This document shows positions 1 to 8,122 of a stretch of 32,230 nt of DNA, in pieces. The stretch is from an uncultured Clostridia bacterium. GTDB lineage: Bacteria > Bacillota > Clostridia > TANB77 > CAG-508. Both the position numbers and the translations under genes were made by a program. The notes below the pieces were generated by a model, which was not told the origin of the DNA, made no database searches, and saw only the letters and a program-made list of their open reading frames with translations. The stretch is from NCBI GenBank assembly GCA_944388015.1, contig CALXHD010000003.1, positions 1-32,230 of the forward strand, in the 5' to 3' direction. Every line of letters begins with the position of its first letter. The stretch's first letter is position 1.

Positions 1-100
1 TTACCTCCAAAAATTATTTATAGTATTATTATACTATCTTTTATAAAAAAAATCTATACAGTTCTGAAAAAATTTTAGCCTACACCTGCGAGACAAATTA

Positions 101-259
101 CTATTTTATTTTATTATATTCTAAACATTTTTCTTCCAATAATTTAAAATTACAACATCTTAATTTCATATTATCTGGTAGTTTTCCGCTATTATATAAT
201 TGTCTCAAATAATCACAATAATCTGAATCGACTCTGACTATCTCTAAATTTAGTATCAT
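101..259 (-). pseudogene. Internally deleted type III toxin-antitoxin ToxN/AbiQ-family toxin remnant (52-aa open frame, below the ORF track cutoff)
   Basis: AAGGAGG RBS then MILNLEIVRVDSDYCDYLR|QLYNSGKLPDNMKLRCCNFKLLEEKCLEYNKIK*. The N-terminal VDxxYxDYLR and C-terminal RCCxFKLLEEKC motifs are typical of ToxN/AbiQ proteins. The central region is missing. Family recognised from memory, not by a search. Confidence 0.7.
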
Positions 260-285
260 TATATCTTCCTCCTTAAATTTAGTCT

Positions 286-315
286 ATTATATATTATTTT
301 TTATAAAATTTTCAA
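286..315 (-). promoter_or_regulatory. Putative sigmaA promoter for the ToxN remnant
   Basis: TTGAAA (315-310), 18-nt spacer, TATAAT (291-286) on the minus strand. Confidence 0.4.
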
Positions 316-323
316 AATACCAA

Positions 324-464
324 TTATAAATCTTTTAATTTGTCCACATCTTCTCCTAAAGTAATATCCAAGTTATTAATTATTTTATCAATGTTCCAAT
401 CCCACCATTTGATTTTTAGTAAAGTATTAATCTCGTCATCTGAAAATCTTTTCCTAATTTCTTT
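324..464 (-). pseudogene. C-terminal fragment of a Vat/CatB-type xenobiotic O-acetyltransferase
   Basis: Frame reads KEIRKRFSDDEINTLLKIKWWDWNIDKIINNLDITLGEDVDKLKDL*. IRKRF...LLxIKWWDW is the characteristic helical C-terminus of Vat/CatB hexapeptide acetyltransferases. No start codon or N-terminal part is present. Confidence 0.75.
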
Positions 465-649
465 AATGTCTTAGACATGCCCAACACTCCACCTGCATAC
501 AATCCACCTAGATAAATAATGCTATCATAATTATTTATTTGATTAATTTCTCCATAAGGAATTGATTTTATATTAGTTCTTCTTGATAGTTCTTCAGCAT
601 ATTGTTTTGTTGTTCCATAATGAGAACCATATATTATAATATTACTCAT
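416..649 (-). pseudogene. Truncated flavodoxin-domain (HemG-like) protein, N-terminal half only
   Basis: GGAGGT RBS before ATG at 649. IIYGSHYGTTKQYAE FMN-phosphate loop and IIYLGGLYAGG are present. Homology ends near KTLKKL and the remaining tail is out-of-frame Vat sequence. Confidence 0.7.
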
Positions 650-716
650 AATTACCTCCATAGTTTATATTTAAGCAATCATTATTTTATCTGATAGCTA
701 ATTTAATTCTTAATAT

Positions 717-1139
717 TTAATTTTTCTTTAATATTAAATCTTGAAATTTGTCACTAAATTCTTTAGCATACTTTTTTAGATTTACAGGCCTTAAATCCTT
801 GTTTGTAAAACAATGTTTAGTTTCTGCAATAATAACAGTTTTCCCCGTTTTTTTATCTTTTACATCATATTGTATTGTCATTCTTACACCTGTATATTCC
901 ATTACAGAAGGTTTTATTGTTATTATATCATCAAATGTCACATGATTCTTATATTCACAATAAACCCCGATTACTGGAATTGTTACACCATTTTCCTCTA
1001 ATACAGAAAATGGCATTCCTATACTTTCTAGCCAAGCACACCTAGCTTCTTCCATATATCTGATATAGTTTGAGTGATGTACAACACCCATTTTATCAGT
1101 TTCATAATAGTTTATTTTTCTTTCAAAAATAAAGTCCAT
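717..1139 (-). CDS. Acyl-CoA thioesterase, YbgC/4-HBT hotdog family
   Basis: YETDKMGVVHHSNYIRYMEEAR motif, 140 aa, AGAGGA RBS. Confidence 0.9.
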   Translation of the reverse strand: MDFIFERKINYYETDKMGVVHHSNYIRYMEEARCAWLESIGMPFSVLEENGVTIPVIGVYCEYKNHVTFDDIITIKPSVMEYTGVRMTIQYDVKDKKTGKTVIIAETKHCFTNKDLRPVNLKKYAKEFSDKFQDLILKKN

Positions 1140-1181
1140 AAGTATTCCTCCTTTTTCTAATGTTCTAGTTCTTACATATAA

Positions 1182-1211
1182 AGTATACTATAATCACAAT
1201 TATTCAGTCAA
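1182..1211 (-). promoter_or_regulatory. Putative sigmaA promoter of the thioesterase gene
   Basis: TTGACT-N18-TATACT on the minus strand. Confidence 0.5.
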
Positions 1212-1295
1212 CAAACATTCTTTATTAATAAATGATATTTCTCTAAGATTACTATTTTTACTTAAATTACATAGCAAAACATTACAATAAGATAC

Positions 1296-1410
1296 AAAAA
1301 GAACCAGATGAAGCAATAAATAGCTTCATCCAACAGGCTTTAGAAAAAGAATGAATGCCTTAGTACCAGTGGTCCTTGGAAAGAGATCTCTTCTCTTTCT
1401 AAGGACTATT
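1296..1410. other. Structured intergenic element with two strong hairpins (possible sRNA or terminator)
   Basis: GATGAAGC/GCTTCATC stem (1307-1330) followed by a U-tract on the minus strand. 19-bp stem 1368-1386/1392-1410 with three G-U pairs on the plus strand. Confidence 0.45.
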
Positions 1411-1483
1411 TAAATCATCTTGTTTGACAAACTAATTTTCATATAATATAATTTAATTAAAACAAAAGAAAGAATGTGATAAA

Positions 1484-2467
1484 ATGATTGATTACGCAAA
1501 TAATCCTGATTATTTAAATTCATTTTTAAATTATAGTACAACAATACTTAATAAATCACCCAATAGTATAAAAGAATATAATTATGACTTAAACATGTTT
1601 TTAAAATATATAAAGATTCATTTTAAATTAACAAATGAACATGATTTTTCTAGAATTGAAATAAAAGACATAAGCTTAGATATAATAAAAAAAATAAAAT
1701 TAGAAGACATACACTCTTTTATAAGTTACTTAGCAATTGAGCAAAAAAGCAAACCTGCAACACGTGCACGTAAAGTTTCTACAATTAGAATATTCTTTAA
1801 ATATCTAACACAAAAAGCTCATTTAATAGACAAAAATCCGGCTGAATTTTTAGAAACTCCTAAGCTTGACAAAAGACTTCCTAAATATTTGAATCTAGAT
1901 GATAGTAAAAGACTATTACAAGCCACAAATAATACAGATAATAGAAATCATGAAAGAGATTACGCTATAATTACACTATTTCTTAATTGTGGTCTACGTT
2001 TATCTGAATTAGTTGGAATAAATATTGCGGATATAGATTTTAATGAAAATAAATTAACCGTTATAGGTAAAGGAAATAAAGAGCGTACCATTTACCTAAA
2101 CAATGCTTGTATTCACGCTTTAAATGATTATTTAGCTGTAAAACCAAAAGAAGGTATAAAACATGATAAATTAAACTCAGAAAAAGCTTTATTTCTAAGT
2201 GAAAGAAAAGAAAGAATTAGCAGGAGAACTGTTCAACATATTGTATATACAAAATTATTATCAGCAGGTTTAGATCCTTCTAAATATTCTACACACAAAT
2301 TACGCCACACAGCTGCTACATTGATGTATCAGTATGGAGAGGTTGATATCAGAGCACTTCAAGTTTTGCTTGGACATGAAAGCATTGCCACAACCGAAAT
2401 ATACACACATGTAGATAATGAACAAGTTAGAAATGCCATTGAAAAAAACCCTCTATCAAATATGTAA
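1484..2467 (+). CDS. xerC: XerC/XerD-family tyrosine recombinase
   Basis: SAM-like N-terminal domain. Catalytic residues intact: GLRLSEL (R), GKGNKER (K), HKLRH, LLGH, TTEIY (Y). The symbol is family-level. Confidence 0.85.
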   Translation: MIDYANNPDYLNSFLNYSTTILNKSPNSIKEYNYDLNMFLKYIKIHFKLTNEHDFSRIEIKDISLDIIKKIKLEDIHSFISYLAIEQKSKPATRARKVSTIRIFFKYLTQKAHLIDKNPAEFLETPKLDKRLPKYLNLDDSKRLLQATNNTDNRNHERDYAIITLFLNCGLRLSELVGINIADIDFNENKLTVIGKGNKERTIYLNNACIHALNDYLAVKPKEGIKHDKLNSEKALFLSERKERISRRTVQHIVYTKLLSAGLDPSKYSTHKLRHTAATLMYQYGEVDIRALQVLLGHESIATTEIYTHVDNEQVRNAIEKNPLSNM

Positions 2468-2539
2468 ATTAGCCATTTAAAAATTGTGTACAAAGATTGC
2501 TATTAAATGTAAAATATCCAAATTTGCATATAACAGAGC

Positions 2540-2584
2540 AAAAGCAGACTTTAATGTTTTCCTATTAAAAACATTAAAGTCCGC
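2540..2584 (-). terminator. Intrinsic terminator between convergent genes
   Basis: Perfect 14-bp stem GACTTTAATGTTTT (2547-2560) / AAAACATTAAAGTC (2568-2581), extended by G-C and G-U pairs and followed by UUUU on the minus strand. Confidence 0.7.
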
Positions 2585-2605
2585 ATTTCTAATTGTACAC
2601 CCATT

Positions 2606-3418
2606 TTATTTTTCATGTATTCTTAAATAATATGGTTGTATATCTAAGAAACTATCCATATAAACAATATTTCCGTCAACATCTTTTACCTTTAAATTCG
2701 GAAAAGTTTTTATCATTTTGCGATCACCCCAAAATTGATATATAAATTTTGATAACCATTCATTTTCTTCATAAATGGCTACATACTGCTTATCAACAAC
2801 TTCTTTATTATTTACATTTATATTATTATTGTGTATCATTCTAATTAAAAAGAAATCTATTGCAAATCCAGTTGCAACACAATCTAGAAATAATAAAATA
2901 ATTACTGTTAAAGTAAGTCGTTTTAAATTTTTTATATTTATCTTAGATTTAATCCAATTAATCAATCTATCTATTTTTGGATTTACAGATGCAATTAAGT
3001 AAATTGCTAAAAATCCCCAAAATATAGAAAAATATACACAAACTCTTCCATCTATATTTAATGGTCTATCTGAATAATCCCACCATTTAACACCTAATAT
3101 TAATTCTCCTATTAGACTAACGAAATACTCTATAACAGATCCTATTATAAATCCACCAAAAAATAATGCATTATATTTTTTTTGGTATTTGTGTAAAAAA
3201 ATAATCATAATTACAGCCCCTAAGCCATATATGCCACAAAAAGGACCATATAAAAAACTTTGTCTACTTTCCCAAACACCTTTTGTAACTATTCCAAATA
3301 TTGTTTCAATTATATAACCTAAAACACTATAAATAATAAAATATGCTAAAATTCTCCATATAGATATCCCCATAATTGTAAAAGATCTTTTTTTAGGACT
3401 ATTACTTATGTTTTCCAT
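2606..3418 (-). CDS. Putative ABC transporter type IV permease-like membrane protein (CmpB-like family)
   Basis: YFIIYSVLGYIIE, GPFCGIYGLG and WWDYS..LNIDGRVC..FSIFWG motifs, multiple TM segments. Start placed at ATG 3418 after a GGGGG RBS. Confidence 0.75.
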   Translation of the reverse strand: MENISNSPKKRSFTIMGISIWRILAYFIIYSVLGYIIETIFGIVTKGVWESRQSFLYGPFCGIYGLGAVIMIIFLHKYQKKYNALFFGGFIIGSVIEYFVSLIGELILGVKWWDYSDRPLNIDGRVCVYFSIFWGFLAIYLIASVNPKIDRLINWIKSKINIKNLKRLTLTVIILLFLDCVATGFAIDFFLIRMIHNNNINVNNKEVVDKQYVAIYEENEWLSKFIYQFWGDRKMIKTFPNLKVKDVDGNIVYMDSFLDIQPYYLRIHEK

Positions 3419-3491
3419 TTGATAAACCCCCATTGCTTAAATTCTAAAAATTAATAAAAATCTAATTCTAATTTTTTTAAAATTATTAAGT

Positions 3492-3519
3492 ATTTTATCA
3501 TATTTATAAAATATGTCAA
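3492..3519 (-). promoter_or_regulatory. sigmaA promoter of the membrane-protein gene
   Basis: TTGACA-N16-TAAAAT with TGn extended -10. Confidence 0.6.
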
Positions 3520-3521
3520 GT

Positions 3522-3550
3522 TACATTTTCGACATTTTTTTCATATCATA
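3522..3550 (+). promoter_or_regulatory. sigmaK-like sporulation promoter for spoVFB
   Basis: TACA (3522-3525)-N16-CATATCATA (3542-3550) fits the AC-N16/17-CATAnnnTA consensus. spoVF is sigmaK-dependent in Bacillus subtilis. Confidence 0.55.
3528..3534 (-). promoter_or_regulatory. Spo0A box
   Basis: Exact TGTCGAA on the minus strand in the divergent intergenic region. Confidence 0.45.
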
Positions 3551-3601
3551 TTATATAGCTATTACTTGAAAGTACATCATTGACATAAGGAGGTAATTAA
3601 T

Positions 3602-4180
3602 GTGAATTTTAAAAATATAAAAATCGGATATATATTTACAGGGTCTTTTTGTACATTTAGTAAATCAATTTCAAAGATGAAAGATTTAATTAAACTTGGT
3701 GCAGATATTATCCCCATAATGTCTTTTAATAGTTACAAATTAAACACAAGGTTTGGAAAAGCTGAAGACTTTATAAAAGATATTGAAATTGCCACAGGAA
3801 ATAATATAATACACACAATAGCAGGAGCAGAACCAATTGGTCCTAAAAAATTAACAGATGTAATGGTAGTTTGTCCATGTACAGGAAATACAATATCAAA
3901 ACTAGCAAATGACATTATAGACACACCTGCTACTATGGCAGTAAAATCTCATCTTAGAAATAACCTTCCAGTAATTATTGCTGTATCTACAAATAATGCA
4001 TTAAGTTCAAATGCCGAAAATATAGGTAAATTACTAAATAGAAAAAATTATTATTTTGTACCTTTTAAACAGGATAATCCCATAACAAAACCACGTTCTA
4101 TTGTTGCAGATTTTGATATGCTAGAAAAAACTATAGAATCTGCATTAAATAACGAACAAATAAGTCCAATACTATGTTAG
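3602..4180 (+). CDS. spoVFB: Dipicolinate synthase subunit B (flavoprotein family)
   Basis: TGSFCTF, TRFG, AEPIGPK, PCTGNT..KLA, MAVKSHLRN, YFVPF.QD.P..KP.S motifs. AAGGAGGT RBS, GTG start. Confidence 0.93.
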   Translation: MNFKNIKIGYIFTGSFCTFSKSISKMKDLIKLGADIIPIMSFNSYKLNTRFGKAEDFIKDIEIATGNNIIHTIAGAEPIGPKKLTDVMVVCPCTGNTISKLANDIIDTPATMAVKSHLRNNLPVIIAVSTNNALSSNAENIGKLLNRKNYYFVPFKQDNPITKPRSIVADFDMLEKTIESALNNEQISPILC

Positions 4181-4298
4181 AATAATTGATTGATGTTATA
4201 GGAAAAGAACACATTAGAAAGCCTTAAAACTTATGATAACTTTAACTTTTTTCTTTGGCTTTCCGATAATTCGTTCATACGCCGATTATACAACAATA

Positions 4299-4342
4299 AA
4301 ATGACATGGATTAAATTTAAAAATCTTTAATTCATGCCATTT
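4299..4342. terminator. Bidirectional terminator-like hairpin between spoVFB and the ROK gene
   Basis: AAATGACATGGATTAAA / TTTAATTCATGCCATTT, 15 of 17 Watson-Crick pairs, between convergent genes. Confidence 0.55.
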
Positions 4343-4351
4343 ATATTAAAT

Positions 4352-5224
4352 CTAGTAACATGTAGCACCTATAATACCAGCATCGTTTTTTAACTCTCCC
4401 ATTTTCAATATAGGCATTTTTGTTTTGTGTAATAATAAGTTATTATTGGCTATTGTTTCCTTAATTTTATCAATAAAAATATCATCATAATATGAAAAAC
4501 TTCCTCCAAACCCAATAACTTCAGGTAAATCAATATCTATAATATTAGTTAAACCAATACAAAAATTATATATATAATTATCAAGTATCTTACTAATTTC
4601 TTTATCTTGTTTATTTAATAATAAATATTCATGCAATTGCTTTCCATCAATATCAGTAACATTTAAATATTCTTTTATCTTATCTCTTAAGACCTTAATA
4701 GAAGCATATGTTTCAAAACATCCTTTTTTTCCACATTTACACTGCTTTCCATTTTTTTCTATTACCATATGTCCATAACCAGCTCTATATATATTACCAT
4801 CTAGATATCGTATTCCTCCAATTCCTGTTCCTATTATTAAGAAAATAGAATTGTTATCATATCCTTTTAAACAGCCATACTCTTTTTCAGCTCGTCCAGC
4901 ACAAAAGCTATCTTTATTAACAGTTACTGGAATATTAAAACAAGGCTCTAAAATTTCTCTAAAATCAATATTTTTAAGTCCTAAATTAGGAGAATATAAC
5001 AAAACATTATCTCGTATAGTTCCAGCAATAGAAATTCCTATTTTCTCTATTTTATAATCTTGCAAAATATCTGTAATAGTATCTTTCATAAAGTTTTCGA
5101 GATTTTTAAATAAATTCATTTTGAAGTCTTGATTATATACTTTTTCCTTTTGCAAAATAATATTACTTTTTTCGACAACAGCAATAGCAATATGGCTTCC
5201 ACCAATATCAATACCTATATTCAT
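4352..5224 (-). CDS. ROK family sugar kinase (no HTH domain)
   Basis: IGIDIGGS ATP motif, IGTGIGG, GHM...CKCGKKGCFE zinc motif, DAGIIGA C-terminus. Confidence 0.85.
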   Translation of the reverse strand: MNIGIDIGGSHIAIAVVEKSNIILQKEKVYNQDFKMNLFKNLENFMKDTITDILQDYKIEKIGISIAGTIRDNVLLYSPNLGLKNIDFREILEPCFNIPVTVNKDSFCAGRAEKEYGCLKGYDNNSIFLIIGTGIGGIRYLDGNIYRAGYGHMVIEKNGKQCKCGKKGCFETYASIKVLRDKIKEYLNVTDIDGKQLHEYLLLNKQDKEISKILDNYIYNFCIGLTNIIDIDLPEVIGFGGSFSYYDDIFIDKIKETIANNNLLLHKTKMPILKMGELKNDAGIIGATCY

Positions 5225-5280
5225 ACTACCATCCTTTTATAGATTATGATTTTTAATATCCTATCCAAAATAATTCAATT

Positions 5281-6249
5281 TTATTCTAACCATTTAGGAT
5301 TAGCTAAATACCAATCTATTGTTTTTATTATTCCGTCTTCAAACTTTGTATGAGGTTCCCAATTTAATTCTGTTTTAATTTTTGTAGGATCTATTGCATA
5401 ACGATAATCATGTCCTTTTCTATCTTCTACAAATTCAATTAAATCTTCTGACTTTCCTAAATGTTTTAATATTAATTTTACAATATCTATATTTCTCTTT
5501 TCATTATGTCCACCTATATTATATCTTTCACCTGATATACCATTATGGAATACAATATCAATTGCTTCACAATGGTCTTCTACATAAAGCCAATCTCTAA
5601 TATTTTTTCCTGTACCATATACTGGTAGTTTTTCATCTTTCAATGCTAATTTAATCATATGCGGTATAAGTTTTTCGTTATGTTGGTATGGTCCATAATT
5701 ATTTGAACAATTTGTTACATTTATATTCATTTTATATGTCTCTTTATATGCAAATGCTATTAAATCAGAACTTGCTTTTGATGCTGAATATGGGCTACTT
5801 GGTTTAATAGGTGATTTTTCTGTGAAATACCCATCATCTTTTAATGAACCATATACTTCATCAGTAGAAATATGAACAAATTTATTTTTACTTCCTTCTC
5901 CCCACATATTTTTTGCAACTTCTAATAAAGTATGTGTTCCGATTACATTTGTATGTGTAAAAATAAATGGATTTTTTATACTATTATCTACATGTGATTC
6001 TGCTGCAAAATGGATAACTCCATTAATATCATGTTTTTTAAATAAATTTAGCACAAAGTCATAATCACATATATCACCTTTTACAAATGTTATTTTATCA
6101 ATTACCTTATTTAAGTTATCCATATTTCCTGCATATGTTAATTTATCTAATACAACAACATGATAATTTGGATGTTTATTTACAAAATATTCTGCAAAAT
6201 TTGCTCCAATAAATCCTGCTGCGCCAGTTACTAATATATTATTATTCAT
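5281..6249 (-). CDS. rmlB: dTDP-glucose 4,6-dehydratase
   Basis: GAAGFIG, HFAAESHVDNS, STDEVYG, YSASK, GHDYRYA. Confidence 0.96.
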   Translation of the reverse strand: MNNNILVTGAAGFIGANFAEYFVNKHPNYHVVVLDKLTYAGNMDNLNKVIDKITFVKGDICDYDFVLNLFKKHDINGVIHFAAESHVDNSIKNPFIFTHTNVIGTHTLLEVAKNMWGEGSKNKFVHISTDEVYGSLKDDGYFTEKSPIKPSSPYSASKASSDLIAFAYKETYKMNINVTNCSNNYGPYQHNEKLIPHMIKLALKDEKLPVYGTGKNIRDWLYVEDHCEAIDIVFHNGISGERYNIGGHNEKRNIDIVKLILKHLGKSEDLIEFVEDRKGHDYRYAIDPTKIKTELNWEPHTKFEDGIIKTIDWYLANPKWLE

Positions 6250-6295
6250 CTTCTATTCTCCCTTACATTATTTTAGTGTTAATATATTCTAATTT

Positions 6296-6877
6296 TTATT
6301 TTAGATTTCTAAATAAATCTGTTTGTTTTAATTCTTTTAATGATGGCCATTTTGAATCTTTCTCTGATGTTAGCAAATCTTCTACTTTTATGTCTCCCAT
6401 AGGCCAATCTATTCCAACATCAGGATCATTCCAAGCTAGACCTCCTTCTGCACTAGGATTATATAAATCATCACATTTATATGTAAATTCTGCTTCATCT
6501 GATAAAACTAAAAAACCATGTGCAAATCCTTTTGGAATCATAAACATTTTTTTATTCTCATCTGAAAGTATTACACCTTCCCATTTTCCATATGTCTTAC
6601 TACCTGGTCTTAAATCTACTGCTACATCAAATACTTCACCCTTTATACATCTAACTAATTTTGCTTGAGTATTTTCTTTTTGAAAATGTAATCCTCTTAA
6701 AACTCCCTTTGAAGATTTAGATTGATTATCTTGGACAAAATCATAATTTAATCCAATTTCTTCAAAATCACCTTTGTTATATGTCTCCATAAAATATCCT
6801 CTATTATCTCCAAATACTGTTGGTTCAATTATATATACACCATCTATTGAAGTTTCTATTTTTTTAAACTTTCCCAT
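6296..6877 (-). CDS. rmlC: dTDP-4-dehydrorhamnose 3,5-epimerase
   Basis: DNRGYF, QDNQSKS.KGVLRGLHFQ, GFAHGF. Start taken at MGKF (6877), the ORF track extends to 6919. Confidence 0.95.
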   Translation of the reverse strand: MGKFKKIETSIDGVYIIEPTVFGDNRGYFMETYNKGDFEEIGLNYDFVQDNQSKSSKGVLRGLHFQKENTQAKLVRCIKGEVFDVAVDLRPGSKTYGKWEGVILSDENKKMFMIPKGFAHGFLVLSDEAEFTYKCDDLYNPSAEGGLAWNDPDVGIDWPMGDIKVEDLLTSEKDSKWPSLKELKQTDLFRNLK

Positions 6878-6963
6878 TCTTACTACCATTCCTTTCTTTT
6901 GTTTACAAATTTTATACATTTATTAAATATCAAAATAAGTTTACTATTTTTAATCTTTTTTCC

Positions 6964-7854
6964 TTACTCTTCTCCAAATTTATTTTCCGCCAAATCTTTT
7001 AAATATAATCCATAATCTGTCTTTATATACTTATCTGCCAATTTAGATAATTCTTCTTTATTTATCCATCCCTTTTTATATGCAATCTCCTCAGGACAAC
7101 AAACTTGCATTCCTTGACGTTTTTCTATAGTTTGTACAAAACTTGCTGTTTCAAGAAGTGCATCATGTGTTCCTGTATCAAACCATGTCATTCCTCTTCC
7201 TAGTTTTTCTACTTTTAGTTTCCCTCTTTTCATATATTCATCATTTATACTAGTAATTTCGATTTCACCACGTGCAGATGGTTTTACATTTTTAGCAATT
7301 TCAATAACATCATTTGTATAAAAATACAATCCTGGTACTGCATAATTAGATTTTGGGTTTTCAGGCTTTTCCTCAATTGATAAAGCCTCACCATTTTTAC
7401 CTATTTCAACTACACCATAAGCTCTTGGATCTTTTACATAATACCCAAATATTGTAGATTCATTTTCTCTTTCATTTGCCTTTTTTAGTATTTCTGGTAA
7501 ATGTGAGCCATAAAACATATTATCTCCCAAAATCATAACTACATTATCATTTCCTATAAATTCTTCTCCTATAATAAATGCTTCAGCCAAACCATTAGGC
7601 TTTTCTTGTATCTGATATTCAAAATGCATTCCCCATTGTGAACCATCACCTAATAATGCTTTAAATGTAACAACATCTCTAGGTGTAGAAATTATTAAAA
7701 TTTCTTTTATTTCTGCTTGCATTAAAACAGATAATGGATAATATATCATTGGCTTATCATATACAGGCATTATTTGTTTAGATATAGCAAGTGTTAATGG
7801 ATATAATCTTGTAGCACTACCACCAGCTAGAACTATACCTTTTCTATTTTTCAT
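6964..7854 (-). CDS. rmlA: Glucose-1-phosphate thymidylyltransferase
   Basis: GIVLAGGSATRLYP, YDKPMIYYP, EEKP, SARGE.EIT, WFDTGT. Confidence 0.96.
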   Translation of the reverse strand: MKNRKGIVLAGGSATRLYPLTLAISKQIMPVYDKPMIYYPLSVLMQAEIKEILIISTPRDVVTFKALLGDGSQWGMHFEYQIQEKPNGLAEAFIIGEEFIGNDNVVMILGDNMFYGSHLPEILKKANERENESTIFGYYVKDPRAYGVVEIGKNGEALSIEEKPENPKSNYAVPGLYFYTNDVIEIAKNVKPSARGEIEITSINDEYMKRGKLKVEKLGRGMTWFDTGTHDALLETASFVQTIEKRQGMQVCCPEEIAYKKGWINKEELSKLADKYIKTDYGLYLKDLAENKFGEE

Positions 7855-7884
7855 TATATAACTTCCTTTCTTATAATTTATTTT

Positions 7885-8018
7885 TCTATACTAATTTCAA
7901 ATTATAACTTATAAAAATTACAAAACTATATAACATGTTATAATCTTAAATTAGTATAGATAAGGCAAAAATGCCTATCTATACTTGTGTATAGAAAATA
8001 AAAATTTTCCATACACAA
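7885..8018. repeat. Cluster of overlapping inverted repeats upstream of rmlA
   Basis: 7885-7908/7937-7960 (22 of 24 pairs), hairpin 7953-7985 (one bulge), 7985-7999/8004-8018 (14 of 15). All share a TCTATAC/GTATAGA core. Confidence 0.75.
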
Positions 8019-8122
8019 CAATACCTTTTTACAGGATTGATATATTTATAATAACTACTTATCATATTTTTAGGGATTACAATATTATGATAAATAGATA
8101 TTAACCACTTATAATAACTAAT

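Noticed and set aside
60-323. ToxI-like antitoxin repeat array around the ToxN remnant
   Set aside because: No tandem repeats of about 35 nt are visible on either side.
455-470. Programmed frameshift joining the flavodoxin and Vat fragments
   Set aside because: The halves belong to unrelated families, there is no CGG or X-XXY-YYZ slippery heptamer, and deletion is the simpler explanation.
2222-2224. AGG as a general frameshift codon (AGG follows CGG at site 1)
   Set aside because: AGG occurs in frame here in the intact xerC gene and is absent from site 2, so only CGG is common to both breaks.
1484-2467. Tyrosine recombinase as the integrase of a prophage, ICE or integron
   Set aside because: XerC-like size and motifs, with no att duplication, tRNA target, phage or conjugation genes, or repeated attC-like sites visible.
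2486-2600. GTGTACAA/TTGTACAC inverted pair as MITE ends or a Xer site
   Set aside because: Only 8 bp, largely a self-palindromic hexamer, with no target duplication or dif consensus.
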